A DNA stretch of 64,000 nt from Patescibacteria group bacterium (lineage in GTDB: Bacteria > Patescibacteriota > WWE3 > UBA101185 > UBA10185): NCBI GenBank assembly GCA_049322215.1, contig JBMORU010000001.1, forward strand, positions 388,023-452,022, read 5' to 3'. Below are positions 8,446-18,996 of this stretch, piece by piece (the first letter of the stretch is position 1; every line of letters begins with the position of its first letter). The translations under genes and the position numbers were made by a program. The notes below the pieces were generated by a model that was given only the letters and a program-made list of their open reading frames with translations, did not search any database and was not told the origin of the DNA.

Positions 8446-10167
8446 ATGGAATTAGCGATTGTAGCTTTTTTGGCAGGTGTTTTAACTGTAGTAACACCTT
8501 GTGTGCTCCCAATATTGCCTATAATTTTAGGGGGTACATTAGCTGACTCTCAAGACAAAAAACGCCCATTTATAATTGTGGCCTCTTTAGGGTTATCTGT
8601 ACTGGCTTTTAGCTTATTGCTTAAGTCCTCTACCTTATTAATAAATATTGACCCCTCTTTTTGGAAGTACTTTTCTGGAGGAATAATTTTAATTTTTGGT
8701 ATTTTTACTCTCTTTCCTAATGTTTGGGAGAAAGTTTCTGAAAAAATAGGATTAGGGGGGTTGGGAAATCTTTTGCAACAGTCCCAAGCCAAAGGCGGAC
8801 GTTTAGGTCAGGTTTTAGTGGGTATTTCTCTTGGGCCGGTCTTTTCTAGTTGTAGTCCCACATATGCTGTTATTTTGGCTGTAGTTTTACCCCAAAATTT
8901 TTCGTCTGGTTTACTTAACCTTATTATTTATGTAGTGGGTTTATCTTTAGCCTTACTGACAATTGCTATTTTTGGACAAGGTGCAATTGCAAAGCTTAAA
9001 TGGGCGGCAAATCCCACAGGCTGGTTTAGAAAAGGTTTGGGCGTTTTGTTTGTAGTTGTTGGTGTGGCTATTATAACCGGTTATGAAAAAAAGTTAGAAA
9101 TAGCCTTATTAGATAACGGGTTGTATGATTTTACTCGATTTGACCAGAAGTTGATTGAGCAGGTAGATATGGGAGAAACGAAAAATAAGCCTGCAATATC
9201 CTCAACTGATAAACTTCATCTTGCTGTAGAAGAGCCTTATCCTGCTCCAGAAATTAGAAATATTGCTCACTGGATTAATTCCGATGGTGAAAGCTTGGCA
9301 CAATTAAAGGGAAAAGTAGTTTTAATAGATTTTTGGACTTACAGTTGTATAAATTGTATTCGTACCCTTCCCTATTTGAAGGCGTGGCATGAAAAGTATT
9401 CTGACGATGGGCTAGTAATAATAGGCTTGCATGCGCCTGAATTTGCTTTTGAGCAAAAAGTAGAAAATGTAGAGATGGCTGTAAAAGATTATGAAATCAC
9501 TTACCCTGTTGGGTTAGACAACGACTTTTCAACATGGCGCGCCTATGACAATAGGTACTGGCCCGCCAAATATTTTATAGATAAAAAAGGTAACTTAAGA
9601 CATTATCACTTTGGTGAAGGTGATTATAAAGAAAGTGAAGAAGTACTTCAGTTTTTGTTATCAGAAGATGGTAGTGCTGTGGATGATTCTATTTCTACCA
9701 ATACACAAGATACTCCTCCTACCATTTCAGGACAGTCTCCTGAAACATATTTAGGCTATGAGCGCGCCAAAAATTTTAAAAACGCTGTAAGATTCAAGAG
9801 AGATGTTCCTTTTACTTACGTTCTCAATGTGGACTTAAAGCCAAATGAATGGTCTTTTGAAGGTACATGGGAAGTAAAAAATGAAAAAAGTGTAGTTATT
9901 TCTGATTCAGCAACTCTTGTTTATAACTTTTCAGCTAAAGATGTTTATTTGGTAATGGGTTCTGAGACTTCTGGTGAGGTTAAAGTTGAGGTTTCGGGTT
10001 ATTCTAACGCCTATGGAGACTCTGTTTCTGATGAGGGTATAGTGCAGGTAAACATGTTTAAGTTGTATCATCTTGTGAGCTTGCCTTCCTTTGATAACAA
10101 TGTGACTATGACTCTCACATTTCCAAAAGGTGTAGAAGTACACGCATTCACTTTTGGGTCAAAATAG
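8446..10167 (+). CDS. thiol:disulfide interchange fusion protein: CcdA/DsbD-type membrane domain plus periplasmic thioredoxin-like (TlpA/ResA-like) domain plus C-terminal domain
   Basis: N-terminal TM domain with the paired Cys of CcdA (CVLPILP... and SCSP). Thioredoxin CxxC WTYSCINCIRTLP. Leaderless-type promoter: TATAAT at 8434-8439, 6 nt before the ATG. Confidence 0.7.
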   Translation: MELAIVAFLAGVLTVVTPCVLPILPIILGGTLADSQDKKRPFIIVASLGLSVLAFSLLLKSSTLLINIDPSFWKYFSGGIILIFGIFTLFPNVWEKVSEKIGLGGLGNLLQQSQAKGGRLGQVLVGISLGPVFSSCSPTYAVILAVVLPQNFSSGLLNLIIYVVGLSLALLTIAIFGQGAIAKLKWAANPTGWFRKGLGVLFVVVGVAIITGYEKKLEIALLDNGLYDFTRFDQKLIEQVDMGETKNKPAISSTDKLHLAVEEPYPAPEIRNIAHWINSDGESLAQLKGKVVLIDFWTYSCINCIRTLPYLKAWHEKYSDDGLVIIGLHAPEFAFEQKVENVEMAVKDYEITYPVGLDNDFSTWRAYDNRYWPAKYFIDKKGNLRHYHFGEGDYKESEEVLQFLLSEDGSAVDDSISTNTQDTPPTISGQSPETYLGYERAKNFKNAVRFKRDVPFTYVLNVDLKPNEWSFEGTWEVKNEKSVVISDSATLVYNFSAKDVYLVMGSETSGEVKVEVSGYSNAYGDSVSDEGIVQVNMFKLYHLVSLPSFDNNVTMTLTFPKGVEVHAFTFGSK

Positions 10168-10180
10168 CGCGGAGTTGATT

Positions 10181-11893
10181 TTACCAGCTACCTCCACCTC
10201 CACCTCCTCCAAAGCCTCCTCCTGACCCTCCGCTAAAACCACTTCCATAACCACCTGATGATCGTGTAGCCGACATTGTTTGTGCTACGCTTGTTCCAAA
10301 CGAGTCTATTGTTGAAGCAAATGCTACTGCGTTAAACGCTTGTGTTCCGGTATACCAGTCGGGGATATTTTCTACCGTTAAATCTTTAAACCTATCTGCC
10401 CAGGTTTTTGTAACTTTAAAGGCAATCGCATACGGAAGCAGTTTTTCAAACATGTACCAATTTTGTTCCTGAAACTCTAACTGTGCCTCCTGTGATGATA
10501 AAAACTTTTTAAGACCCTTTGCATGTATTGTTAGTTCAACGCCTTTTTGTGTTTTTCTAGGCATTGCACTTGCCATTAAAAGAGAAATCACTCCAAAAGG
10601 TATATTTACTGTTATAAGACTTCCCATGCCAATTGCTATCCATGTGGTTCTTACTTTATCTGGATTTTTTACGAATACCCCATTGTTGGTTGTATTGCTA
10701 TAAAGCATTTTAGTAAGTTTTTTATAGTAGGTCGCAAATTTGTATTTCAGCTCGCTTGTTTTTATTTCAGTCTTGTCTTCAAATAACTTTTCCAATAAAT
10801 ATTGCTCATGCTCAGCAAGCTTGTACTTATTCTTAGTAAGATGCAAATCGCTTTTTGTTAAAATATAGTCTTTTGTGTTTATTAAACCCAACATTTTGTT
10901 GTTTTCTTCTTTTATTTTTAAAAACCCTCTAATTGCCAAATCTACTATTGTTGCTGAAATGTCGCTTTGATCCACTTCTTCGTCGATTATTAACCCAACC
11001 TCTGCTGGAGTTAGTCTTACATTGTTGTCTTTAGGTTCATCAAAAAAAACTGGCACTGTGTCTATTGTTGGTTTAGGGTCGCGTCCATACTTAAAGTAAT
11101 AAACTAGAACGCCAATAGGAAGTATGACGTACCAAACTAATGTCATTAAAAGGAATAAGGGGTTCACCTCATCAGTATTTACAGGATTATACTTAGTAGA
11201 CACTTTAGGTGTAAGTGAAATTAAATTTTGGTCAAAGCTTAAAACTGTAGAAATACCTTCTCCCTGAGTTAACGGCTCAGCTGTTTCAAAGTAATATTCG
11301 TTAAACTGTTTTTGTGCGCGTAACGTACAATTTGAATCTACAGAACCTAATTTTCCTGTTATACATTTGGTTTTTATTTTTGCAACATCGATTTCTGCAG
11401 GTAAGTGAAAGGTAGCAGTTGCCTTAATAATTGGAACTTTCCATTCATTGCCTGTTACATTCCAATAAATCTCATCGTGATCACTAAACCTTTCTATGGC
11501 GCCTTCCACTTCATAAGAAATTACATATGTATGTACGCCTGAAATTGTTTTATTTGGGTCACCAATTTTTAAGGATACATTTTGTCCTTTTTTTGACTCG
11601 GTATAGCTATAGGGAGTGTTTTTTTCGTTAACAATACTTAATACTTTAAGTGGCGTTTCAAAGTAGTCTCCATCTTCGTTTTCGAATTTTACTTTTATAT
11701 CGCGAAAAATGCCGTGCCTTTGATTTGTTCCAAAGTCATATGTTATTTCTTCTACAACAGTAACTACCCCAGTATTGCTAACAAACAAATTGGCATTAAA
11801 AAGTAATATCTGTTCAGATTCTTCTGCATAGGCGTTTTTGACTAATCCAAAGCTTAAGAGTAGCAATATCAAAAAAACTAGTGTTTTTTTCAT
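10181..11893 (-). CDS. DUF2207-family membrane protein with Gly-rich C-terminal tail
   Basis: Signal peptide, large extracytoplasmic domain, TM helices, and C-terminal GGSGGGFGGGGGGGSW tail. The architecture is typical of DUF2207. Confidence 0.55.
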   Translation of the reverse strand: MKKTLVFLILLLLSFGLVKNAYAEESEQILLFNANLFVSNTGVVTVVEEITYDFGTNQRHGIFRDIKVKFENEDGDYFETPLKVLSIVNEKNTPYSYTESKKGQNVSLKIGDPNKTISGVHTYVISYEVEGAIERFSDHDEIYWNVTGNEWKVPIIKATATFHLPAEIDVAKIKTKCITGKLGSVDSNCTLRAQKQFNEYYFETAEPLTQGEGISTVLSFDQNLISLTPKVSTKYNPVNTDEVNPLFLLMTLVWYVILPIGVLVYYFKYGRDPKPTIDTVPVFFDEPKDNNVRLTPAEVGLIIDEEVDQSDISATIVDLAIRGFLKIKEENNKMLGLINTKDYILTKSDLHLTKNKYKLAEHEQYLLEKLFEDKTEIKTSELKYKFATYYKKLTKMLYSNTTNNGVFVKNPDKVRTTWIAIGMGSLITVNIPFGVISLLMASAMPRKTQKGVELTIHAKGLKKFLSSQEAQLEFQEQNWYMFEKLLPYAIAFKVTKTWADRFKDLTVENIPDWYTGTQAFNAVAFASTIDSFGTSVAQTMSATRSSGGYGSGFSGGSGGGFGGGGGGGSW

Positions 11894-11914
11894 AAATAGA
11901 TAATCACTAAACTA

Positions 11915-12232
11915 CTAAAGTTCTATGTCATTAATTGCAGCTTCTGCCTCTGACTCTGCCTCAATTGATAACATTAAGTCATCTAATTCTTTTACTGTTT
12001 CATTATCTACTTCTTCAGGTGTGCTTGATGATTCCTCTAATTCAGTGAATTCCATTTCAGTTTCCTCTTCCATAACATTTTCTTCTGTTACGGTTTTGGT
12101 TGAAGGCATTAAAGTTCCTTTTAGATCAGATTTTTTAGCATTAAGAATAACTGCTCCGCCCACTGCCAAAGCTAAAACTATTACTAGCATAATAATTCCT
12201 GATATTCCTTTTTGGTTACTAATATTTTTCAT
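11915..12232 (-). CDS. small single-pass membrane protein with acidic C-terminal tail
   Basis: GAGGAGG SD. One TM helix, then an E/D-rich tail. The start codon overlaps the stop of the upstream gene (TAATG). Confidence 0.55.
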   Translation of the reverse strand: MKNISNQKGISGIIMLVIVLALAVGGAVILNAKKSDLKGTLMPSTKTVTEENVMEEETEMEFTELEESSSTPEEVDNETVKELDDLMLSIEAESEAEAAINDIEL

Positions 12233-12852
12233 TATTCCTCCTCATTTAAATTTGCAGCCTGTTCTCTAATATCTTTAATGTGCTCCCTTACGGTGTCACG
12301 GTAGTACTCCATTATTTCACGTCTTTTATTTCGTGCTTCGTGCAACTTATCTTTTGCCTCTAGCACTAAATCTTTGTAAGCCCCGTCTTCGTTTCCACAA
12401 TCTAAAGCTTGAGTATCGGTTAATATATTTATAAATTCAGTGTATAGCACTGTATATTCGTCTACCAAACCTTCTAATACTACTATGTCATTTTCTAAAT
12501 CTGTTGTATCAAAACCCTTATCTTGAAGCTTAGTTACTATTTCGTTTAGTCTGTTTGTGAAATTCTCGTAATTTTTTAGGTGCCTATCTTTATTATCTTC
12601 AAAGGCGCTTATTCTGTTTGATATTCTTTGTGTGGCCAAGTCGCATCGGTTTTGAACTCTTTGCTGTACTTTGTCTTGAGCCTGTTCTTTTAATTCCATT
12701 TTTTCTTCACGAATTGAATTTTTTTCTTCTGTGGTTCTTTTCGGCATTAAAGAATTAGAGTTTTGACCTTGGGCGTTACTGTATCCCGGAAGCAAAAGTA
12801 AACTAAATACAACGGTAAGCGTTATGAGAGTTAGTTTTTTTAAAATAGACAT
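12232..12852 (-). CDS. secreted coiled-coil protein (signal peptide)
   Basis: N-terminal signal peptide ...LLLPGYSNAQG. Charged helical remainder. First gene of a 3-gene minus-strand operon. Confidence 0.5.
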   Translation of the reverse strand: MSILKKLTLITLTVVFSLLLLPGYSNAQGQNSNSLMPKRTTEEKNSIREEKMELKEQAQDKVQQRVQNRCDLATQRISNRISAFEDNKDRHLKNYENFTNRLNEIVTKLQDKGFDTTDLENDIVVLEGLVDEYTVLYTEFINILTDTQALDCGNEDGAYKDLVLEAKDKLHEARNKRREIMEYYRDTVREHIKDIREQAANLNEEE

Positions 12853-12947
12853 AGTAAAAATATAGGCTAAATTCGTGTTTATATCAATATTTGATATAAT
12901 TCGGCCAATTACAAATACACTTGTTCCGGTAAAAAAGGAGAAAAACT

Positions 12948-13502
12948 ATGCTTAATAAGCTAAATGATCGAGTGACAAGTTTGAAACCTTTGGTACATTC
13001 GGTAGTGAAGTTTGCAAAAAAAGTGAAAAGTATCACATTGCAGCTATTGAAAATTAGAGACGTACGCATTGTTTTAGCCTGTATTGCTGGCTATTTTGCG
13101 CTGTTTTTCATTATGCTGAACATCTCTCTAAACGCTTTTAGAACATACGTTTTTTTGAGTGATGTTGTTTATTGGATGTTTCACTTTGCTGCCTTTGCCT
13201 TAATAGAGTACACACTTAAGCACGCTAAGCTTACTCTGCTTTTTATTAGTGTGTCGGTACTAAGCTGGGCGTCTGCAGCTTTGGTTGGTATGACAATTTT
13301 CGATGCATTAGGTAGCTACTTCGCACTTCGCGCATACGGCGAATACTTACCAATTGGGACATACTTAACTCACATATTGGCTCCCTACGGTTTAATATGG
13401 AAACCATTTCATAGTGTAATCATTTTGCTTGGTCTTCCATTTGCCATTGCGCTTGTTTTGCGTTTCAAACGGGGGCACAGTTTAAAAGTTACTTTAAACT
13501 AA
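12948..13502 (+). CDS. integral membrane protein, hypothetical
   Basis: GGAG SD. About 5 predicted TM helices. Followed by a terminator-like hairpin at 13510-13546. Confidence 0.5.
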   Translation: MLNKLNDRVTSLKPLVHSVVKFAKKVKSITLQLLKIRDVRIVLACIAGYFALFFIMLNISLNAFRTYVFLSDVVYWMFHFAAFALIEYTLKHAKLTLLFISVSVLSWASAALVGMTIFDALGSYFALRAYGEYLPIGTYLTHILAPYGLIWKPFHSVIILLGLPFAIALVLRFKRGHSLKVTLN

Positions 13503-13509
13503 AACCATT

Positions 13510-13546
13510 GGGTGCGAAGTTTTTTAAACAATAAAAACTTCCACCC
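13510..13546 (+). terminator. terminator-like hairpin (GGGTGCGAAGTTTTT / AAAAACTTCCACCC)
   Basis: ~13-bp imperfect inverted repeat with a T-rich left arm. Seen directly. Confidence 0.4.
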
Positions 13547-13572
13547 ATTAACTTTGTTAGAATATTCTAGTT

Positions 13573-16164
13573 ATGTCAGATTTTGAAACCCCAATGATGG
13601 TTCAGTATAAAGAAATAAAAGATGCCTATCCTGATTGTCTTTTATTTTTTAGACTAGGTGATTTTTACGAACTTTTTTTAGATGATGCTAAGGTAGGTGC
13701 AAACGTATTAGGTATAACTTTAACATCACGATCTCGAGGAAAAGACGGCCGAATTCCAATGGCGGGAGTTCCTTATCACGCAGTAAATTCCTACTTATCT
13801 AAATTAGTTAAAGCAGGCCACAAAGTTGCTATATGTGAACAAGTTGGTGACACTAAAGGACCTGATTTAGTTAAGCGAGAAGTTGTAAGAGTTGTAACAC
13901 CCGGTACTCTTATAGACCAAAACTCCCTGGATAAATCAAAAAATAATTATGTTGCTGCACTATGTATAGCAAATAACACAATGGGGCTATCTTTTGCAGA
14001 TGTGTCTACAGGACATTTTCACTCTTTTGAAGAAACTACAAATGAAATTCAAAATGTGTTGTTAGATCACTTTTCTAAATACACACCTGCAGAAATTTTG
14101 CTAAATGATGCTACATATAATGACTCTAAAACGCTAAAGTTACTTACTGAACTTGGTATAAGCATTTACAATTATGCGTCATGGTCAAACTATTCTTCTA
14201 AACCAGAAAAACATTTGTTAACCCATTTTAACCTAACAACTTTAGCCAGCTTTGGTATGGGTAACACTCCTTTAGCCACTGAAACTGCTTCAGTTTTGCT
14301 TGGCTATTTAAAGGAAACTCAAAAGGACAAAGTTTCACATATAAATAAAATAAATTTTTCACCTGCATCTGATTATGTTGAGTTAGGAAGATCTACAATT
14401 TTTAATTTGGAATTATTTTCTACAATAAGAGAAGGAGAAAAGTATGGTTCGCTAATTGGCGTTCTAGATGAAACTCTTACCCCTATGGGAGCGCGTTTGC
14501 TACGCAAGTGGATTGCGCGCCCTTTAACAAATATTTCTTCAATTTCTGCCCGCCAAAATTCTGTGTCTGAATTTTTAGAAAATAGGCAACTAAGAAATAA
14601 CTTACTGGGTGTTTTAAAAGAAATAAATGATATAGAAAGAATTCTTTCTAAAATATCAGTAGGCTTGGGAAATGCGCGTGATTTAGTAAACCTTAAAGAT
14701 TCTTTGATCGCTGTTTTAGAAGTTAAGCAAGTTTTGAATTTAGCAAAATCTTCTTTAAATATGAAACTTAAGGGTTCTATTGATTCAAACTTACAAAAAC
14801 TGGTAGATAAGATACATATCACTATTGTTGATGAACCCCCTATAGAACTTAAGCAAGGAAATCTTATAAAACCGGGTGTTTCTTCAAAGCTGGATGATTT
14901 AAAACGAGGAATAAAAACCAGTCAGGAGTGGATATCTTCTTTAGAAGAAAAAGAAAAGGAGCGAACAGGTATTTCAACCCTAAAAGTCGGTTATAACAAG
15001 ATTTTTGGGTATTACATTGAAATAAGTAAATCTAATTTACATCTTGTACCTGAAAGCTATGTGAGGAAGCAGACTTTAGTGAGTGCGGAGCGTTTTATTA
15101 CACAACGCTTAAAAGAAGAAGAAGAACAAGTTTTAGCTGCTGAAGATAAAATTAATGATTTAGAATATGAAATTTTTTCAAGTGTTGTTGATAATGTTTT
15201 GAATGCCTTACCAGCTATACAAGTAGCTGCAGAAGCAGTAGCCGAGCTAGACTGTCTTGTAAACTTTGCTGTTTTAGCAAAAAACTATAATTATTGTAAG
15301 CCTAATATTAGTACTTCAGGAAATATAAAAATTATAAATGGGCGTCACCCAGTAGTTGAAAGGCTTTTACGTGAGGTGCCTTTTGTTCCAAATGATGTTA
15401 ATTTAAACCATGAAGACCATCAGCTAATTCTTATTACTGGACCAAATATGGCAGGTAAGTCTGTATACATAAGGCAGGTGGGTTTAATAACTCTTATGGC
15501 ACAAATGGGCAGTTTTGTTCCTGCAGATTCTGCTGAAATTTCTGTAGTAGATAAAATTTTTGTTAGAAGTGGTGCAAGTGATTTTATTACATCAGGGTTA
15601 TCTACATTTATGGTCGAAATGGTTGAAACTGCACATATTTTAAATAATTCCACAAAAAACAGTTTAATTTTACTTGATGAAATTGGTAGAGGAACCACAA
15701 CTTATGACGGGGTAAGTATTGCTTGGGCAGTTGCTGAGTATTTAGTAAAAAATCAGCAACCCTTTGCGAAAACCATGTTTGCAACTCATTACCACGAACT
15801 TCAAGATCTCGCTAAGGAAAGTTCTTTAGTTAAAAATTATCAGGTGTTGGCAAAAGAAGAATCTGGAAAACCAATATTTTTGCATAAAGTAGCTCCGGGA
15901 GGTGCTTCTCATAGTTATGGTGTGGCGGTAGCACAGCTAGCGGGAATTCCTGACGTGGTTACCACACGTGCTTTAGAAATATTAAGTACTTTACAGGGTA
16001 AAAGCTTTGAAGATTGGTTGCATGAAGATAGCATTGCAACTGATAACGTTTCCAATGAACTGACCGCAAAATTATCCTCAATAGATGTAAATACACTTAC
16101 TCCAATTGAGGCTTTGTTAAAGCTAAAAGAACTTAAAGAAAAGTTGCAAGATCAGGCGGTTTAA
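13573..16164 (+). CDS. mutS: DNA mismatch repair protein MutS
   Basis: MutS N-terminal mismatch domain (PMMVQYKEIKDAYPDCLLFFRLGDFYELF). Walker A GPNMAGKS. Length 863 aa. Confidence 0.9.
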   Translation: MSDFETPMMVQYKEIKDAYPDCLLFFRLGDFYELFLDDAKVGANVLGITLTSRSRGKDGRIPMAGVPYHAVNSYLSKLVKAGHKVAICEQVGDTKGPDLVKREVVRVVTPGTLIDQNSLDKSKNNYVAALCIANNTMGLSFADVSTGHFHSFEETTNEIQNVLLDHFSKYTPAEILLNDATYNDSKTLKLLTELGISIYNYASWSNYSSKPEKHLLTHFNLTTLASFGMGNTPLATETASVLLGYLKETQKDKVSHINKINFSPASDYVELGRSTIFNLELFSTIREGEKYGSLIGVLDETLTPMGARLLRKWIARPLTNISSISARQNSVSEFLENRQLRNNLLGVLKEINDIERILSKISVGLGNARDLVNLKDSLIAVLEVKQVLNLAKSSLNMKLKGSIDSNLQKLVDKIHITIVDEPPIELKQGNLIKPGVSSKLDDLKRGIKTSQEWISSLEEKEKERTGISTLKVGYNKIFGYYIEISKSNLHLVPESYVRKQTLVSAERFITQRLKEEEEQVLAAEDKINDLEYEIFSSVVDNVLNALPAIQVAAEAVAELDCLVNFAVLAKNYNYCKPNISTSGNIKIINGRHPVVERLLREVPFVPNDVNLNHEDHQLILITGPNMAGKSVYIRQVGLITLMAQMGSFVPADSAEISVVDKIFVRSGASDFITSGLSTFMVEMVETAHILNNSTKNSLILLDEIGRGTTTYDGVSIAWAVAEYLVKNQQPFAKTMFATHYHELQDLAKESSLVKNYQVLAKEESGKPIFLHKVAPGGASHSYGVAVAQLAGIPDVVTTRALEILSTLQGKSFEDWLHEDSIATDNVSNELTAKLSSIDVNTLTPIEALLKLKELKEKLQDQAV

Positions 16165-16187
16165 TAACTGTAAATTCGCTCGTGTAA

Positions 16188-16193
16188 TATAAT
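16188..16193 (+). promoter_or_regulatory. -10 hexamer TATAAT placed 6 nt upstream of the mutL ATG (leaderless-type promoter)
   Basis: cgtgtaaTATAATactcatATG. No SD. Confidence 0.4.
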
Positions 16194-16199
16194 ACTCAT

Positions 16200-17861
16200 A
16201 TGGGAAACATTAGAATTTTGCCCAAAAAGGTAGCTTCGAAAATAGCCGCTGGAGAAGTAATTCAACGCCCTGCTGACGTTGTTAAGGAATTGATAGAAAA
16301 TTCCTTAGATGCTGAAGCTTCTAATATACATTTAAAAATATCAGGAGCTGGTTTAGATATTATACAAGTAAGAGACAATGGTGTAGGAATGTCGGTTGAT
16401 GACTTGGAAAAATGTTTTTTGCCTCATGCTACTAGTAAAATCTTTCATGAAGATGATATTTATTCCATTTCTTCTATGGGGTTTCGAGGAGAAGCTTTAA
16501 GTAGTATTGCAGCTATTAGCCGTACAACAATTCAAAGCAAACCAAATTCTTCAACTGAAGGCAACTTGTTAGAACTAACCGGTGGAATGTTAGAGGGTAT
16601 TTCTCCGTGTGGTATGCCTAATGGTACTATTGTAACCGTAGAAAATTTGTTTTTTAATGTTCCCGTTAGAAAAAAGTTTTTAAAATCAACTCAAGTAGAG
16701 TTTGCCGAAATTCTATCTGTTGTAACTTCTTTGGCTTTATCTTTTCCTGAAGTGGGGTTTACGATTGAGAAAGATGAAAAAGTTGTATTATCGTTGCTAA
16801 AAAATTCAGCACTTGATGACAGAATTAGAGACATTTACGGAGAAGATTTATTTGCTCAATTATTGCCTGTAACTTACGAGGGTTCTCATGTAACACTGCA
16901 TGGTTACATATCAAGACCTCAAGTAACTACCACTAGCTCAAGCAAACAAAGCTTGATTATTAACAACAGAGTAGTTTCAGAAAAGGTTTTGCTTTCTGCA
17001 ATTAGAAACGCCTACGGAACTTTATTACAACCAAGAGTATACCCGGCGTTTTTACTGCATCTTAAGTTTCCTCCAGAGCTAGTTGATGTTAATGTTCATC
17101 CGCGTAAACAAGAAGTGAAGTTTATTAATCCAAAACTTGTCACCGAATCAGTCTCAAGTGCAATTAATAAAGCGTTGCAAGTAAATGACTTAACCTACAT
17201 TAAATCTGGTTTTAGTTTTACTAATGAATTTTTGCTAAAAGATGCCGATTACGTTGCAAATTTAAGAAAACATTCTTCTTCTATTGTCTTGGAAGAAATA
17301 ATACAGGTTCATAATCAGTACTTAATTTCAGAATCAGCTAGGGGCATATACTTAATTGATCAACACGCTGCCCACGAACGCATTATTTTTGAGCAATTGT
17401 TTGAAAAATTTAAGACTACTAACAAATCTGAAGCTATTAAGCTTGATTCCCCTCATATTTTTAACTTATCAAATGTAGAGGCTCTTTTATTAAAAGAACA
17501 CTTGTATGTTTTTGAGAGTATTGGTTTTCGCATTCAAGAATTTGGTTCAAATGCATTTAGAGTCACACAGGTTCCTGTTTTTTATCAAGATAGAAACATT
17601 ACAAGTATTTTGTCAGAAATGCTTGATGATTTAGTTAATGAAGGGTTTGTTTCAGATATAGATATTAAGTCTGAGAGAGCACTTTCATATTTGGCTTGCC
17701 GCAGTGCTATAAAAACGGGCGAAGTGCTAAACCTTGAAACCCGAAAAACCCTCTTAGAACAACTAGCAGAAACTAAAACAAAATATACATGTCCACACGG
17801 TAGACCAGTAAAAATCGAAATTTCTTTAAAAGACTTGGATAAATTATTCAAACGCACATAG
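16200..17861 (+). CDS. mutL: DNA mismatch repair protein MutL
   Basis: GHKL ATPase N-terminus (IAAGEVIQRPADVVKELIENSLDA). Length 553 aa. Confidence 0.9.
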   Translation: MGNIRILPKKVASKIAAGEVIQRPADVVKELIENSLDAEASNIHLKISGAGLDIIQVRDNGVGMSVDDLEKCFLPHATSKIFHEDDIYSISSMGFRGEALSSIAAISRTTIQSKPNSSTEGNLLELTGGMLEGISPCGMPNGTIVTVENLFFNVPVRKKFLKSTQVEFAEILSVVTSLALSFPEVGFTIEKDEKVVLSLLKNSALDDRIRDIYGEDLFAQLLPVTYEGSHVTLHGYISRPQVTTTSSSKQSLIINNRVVSEKVLLSAIRNAYGTLLQPRVYPAFLLHLKFPPELVDVNVHPRKQEVKFINPKLVTESVSSAINKALQVNDLTYIKSGFSFTNEFLLKDADYVANLRKHSSSIVLEEIIQVHNQYLISESARGIYLIDQHAAHERIIFEQLFEKFKTTNKSEAIKLDSPHIFNLSNVEALLLKEHLYVFESIGFRIQEFGSNAFRVTQVPVFYQDRNITSILSEMLDDLVNEGFVSDIDIKSERALSYLACRSAIKTGEVLNLETRKTLLEQLAETKTKYTCPHGRPVKIEISLKDLDKLFKRT

Positions 17862-17913
17862 TGCCAAAACTGCTTAAACACTTCATCCGTACTGTATAAT
17901 TGCCCTGTTTACT

Positions 17914-18996
17914 ATGAAAAGTATAACCATAAAAAACAAAGCATATGATTTTCCCATATTTCTACCAGACGCAACTAGAGCGGTAACTAAGAGTATTGAT
18001 TCAAACGATATGGTGTTTGCCGAGGTAAGGGGTTGCGTGGTTAATACCTACCACTTAATGAGCGAACCCGGTGTTTCGGTTTTAAAACACTTTGGAGGAA
18101 TAAAAGGATTTATGAAGTTCGACGGGTTAGTTGTATCAGACTCTGGAGGTTGGCAGGTTTTTTCTTTAATTCATAGAAATAAAAAAGCGGGTACTATAAC
18201 AGACAAAGGTGTTACTTTTTCTTTAGGTGGGGCCAAGAAAAAACTTTTTACCCCGGAAAAATCAATCCAAGTGCAAATGGATATAGGTTCTGATATTGTA
18301 ATTTGTTTAGATGACTTCAGTCCCCCCGAAGGTGATGATATCGCTATTGAAGAAAGTGTTGTGCGAACTACTAAATGGGCAAAGCGTTGTAGAGAAGAAT
18401 TCGATCGTCAGTGTGAAGTGCGAAAGCTTGATGATTCTTCAAGACCTCACTTATTTGCCGTAGTTCAAGGAGCACGCAGTAAACCCATGCGAGACAAAAG
18501 TGCTACAGAATTGCGTGAAATTGGTTTTGACGGCTATGGTTTTGGAGGTTACCTAATTGACGAAGAAGGCAACTTAGATTTAGATATGATGGAATATCTT
18601 GCAAGTATTATTCCCAATGATTTACCTAAATTTGCATTAGGAACCGGTTCTCCACATGAAATTGCTATGTGCTATCAACTGGGTTGGGATATATTTGACT
18701 GTACTTTGCCTACGAGAGATGCTCGTCATCAAAGACTTTACGTTTTTACTGAAGAACCAAATTCCGTTGATGCCCTGCTTAAAGAAGAAACTTATGGCTA
18801 TGTACAAATAAAACGGGAAAAGTATAGACGCGATGAACGTCCTATAAGTGATTTTTGTGATTGCTATACCTGCAAAAACTATTCAAGAGCTTATCTTCAA
18901 CATTTATTTAGCATAAAAGATACTTCTGCTTTTAGATTAGCTACAATTCACAATTTATGGACTTATAACAAGCTAATAAGTTTACTATCAAAATGA
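17914..18996 (+). CDS. tgt: queuine/guanine tRNA-ribosyltransferase (Tgt family)
   Basis: FPIFLPDATRAVTK, NTYHL, GGWQVFSL, and the zinc motif CDCYTCKNYSRAYLQHL. Confidence 0.8.
   Translation: MKSITIKNKAYDFPIFLPDATRAVTKSIDSNDMVFAEVRGCVVNTYHLMSEPGVSVLKHFGGIKGFMKFDGLVVSDSGGWQVFSLIHRNKKAGTITDKGVTFSLGGAKKKLFTPEKSIQVQMDIGSDIVICLDDFSPPEGDDIAIEESVVRTTKWAKRCREEFDRQCEVRKLDDSSRPHLFAVVQGARSKPMRDKSATELREIGFDGYGFGGYLIDEEGNLDLDMMEYLASIIPNDLPKFALGTGSPHEIAMCYQLGWDIFDCTLPTRDARHQRLYVFTEEPNSVDALLKEETYGYVQIKREKYRRDERPISDFCDCYTCKNYSRAYLQHLFSIKDTSAFRLATIHNLWTYNKLISLLSK

Noticed and set aside
10181-10260. CCTCC/CCACC repetitive DNA at the 3' end of the DUF2207 gene
   Set aside because: This is the coding sequence of the poly-Gly tail read on the opposite strand. 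It is not a repeat element or CRISPR.
11925-12269. Plus-strand 114-codon ORF opposite the small acidic-tailed membrane protein
   Set aside because: The minus-strand gene has a GAGGAGG SD, a TM helix and operon context. The plus frame is Ser-rich low-complexity with no signals.
14373-14822. Antisense ORFs inside mutS (this one and 15420-15698). The same applies to antisense ORFs inside ACS (22565-22807, 22883-23323), xseA (29848-30249), the permease (39911-40372), gpmI (41784-42261) and SulP (45267-45926).
   Set aside because: They lie fully within well-supported genes on the opposite strand. They have no SD or motifs and are typical of AT-rich shadow frames.
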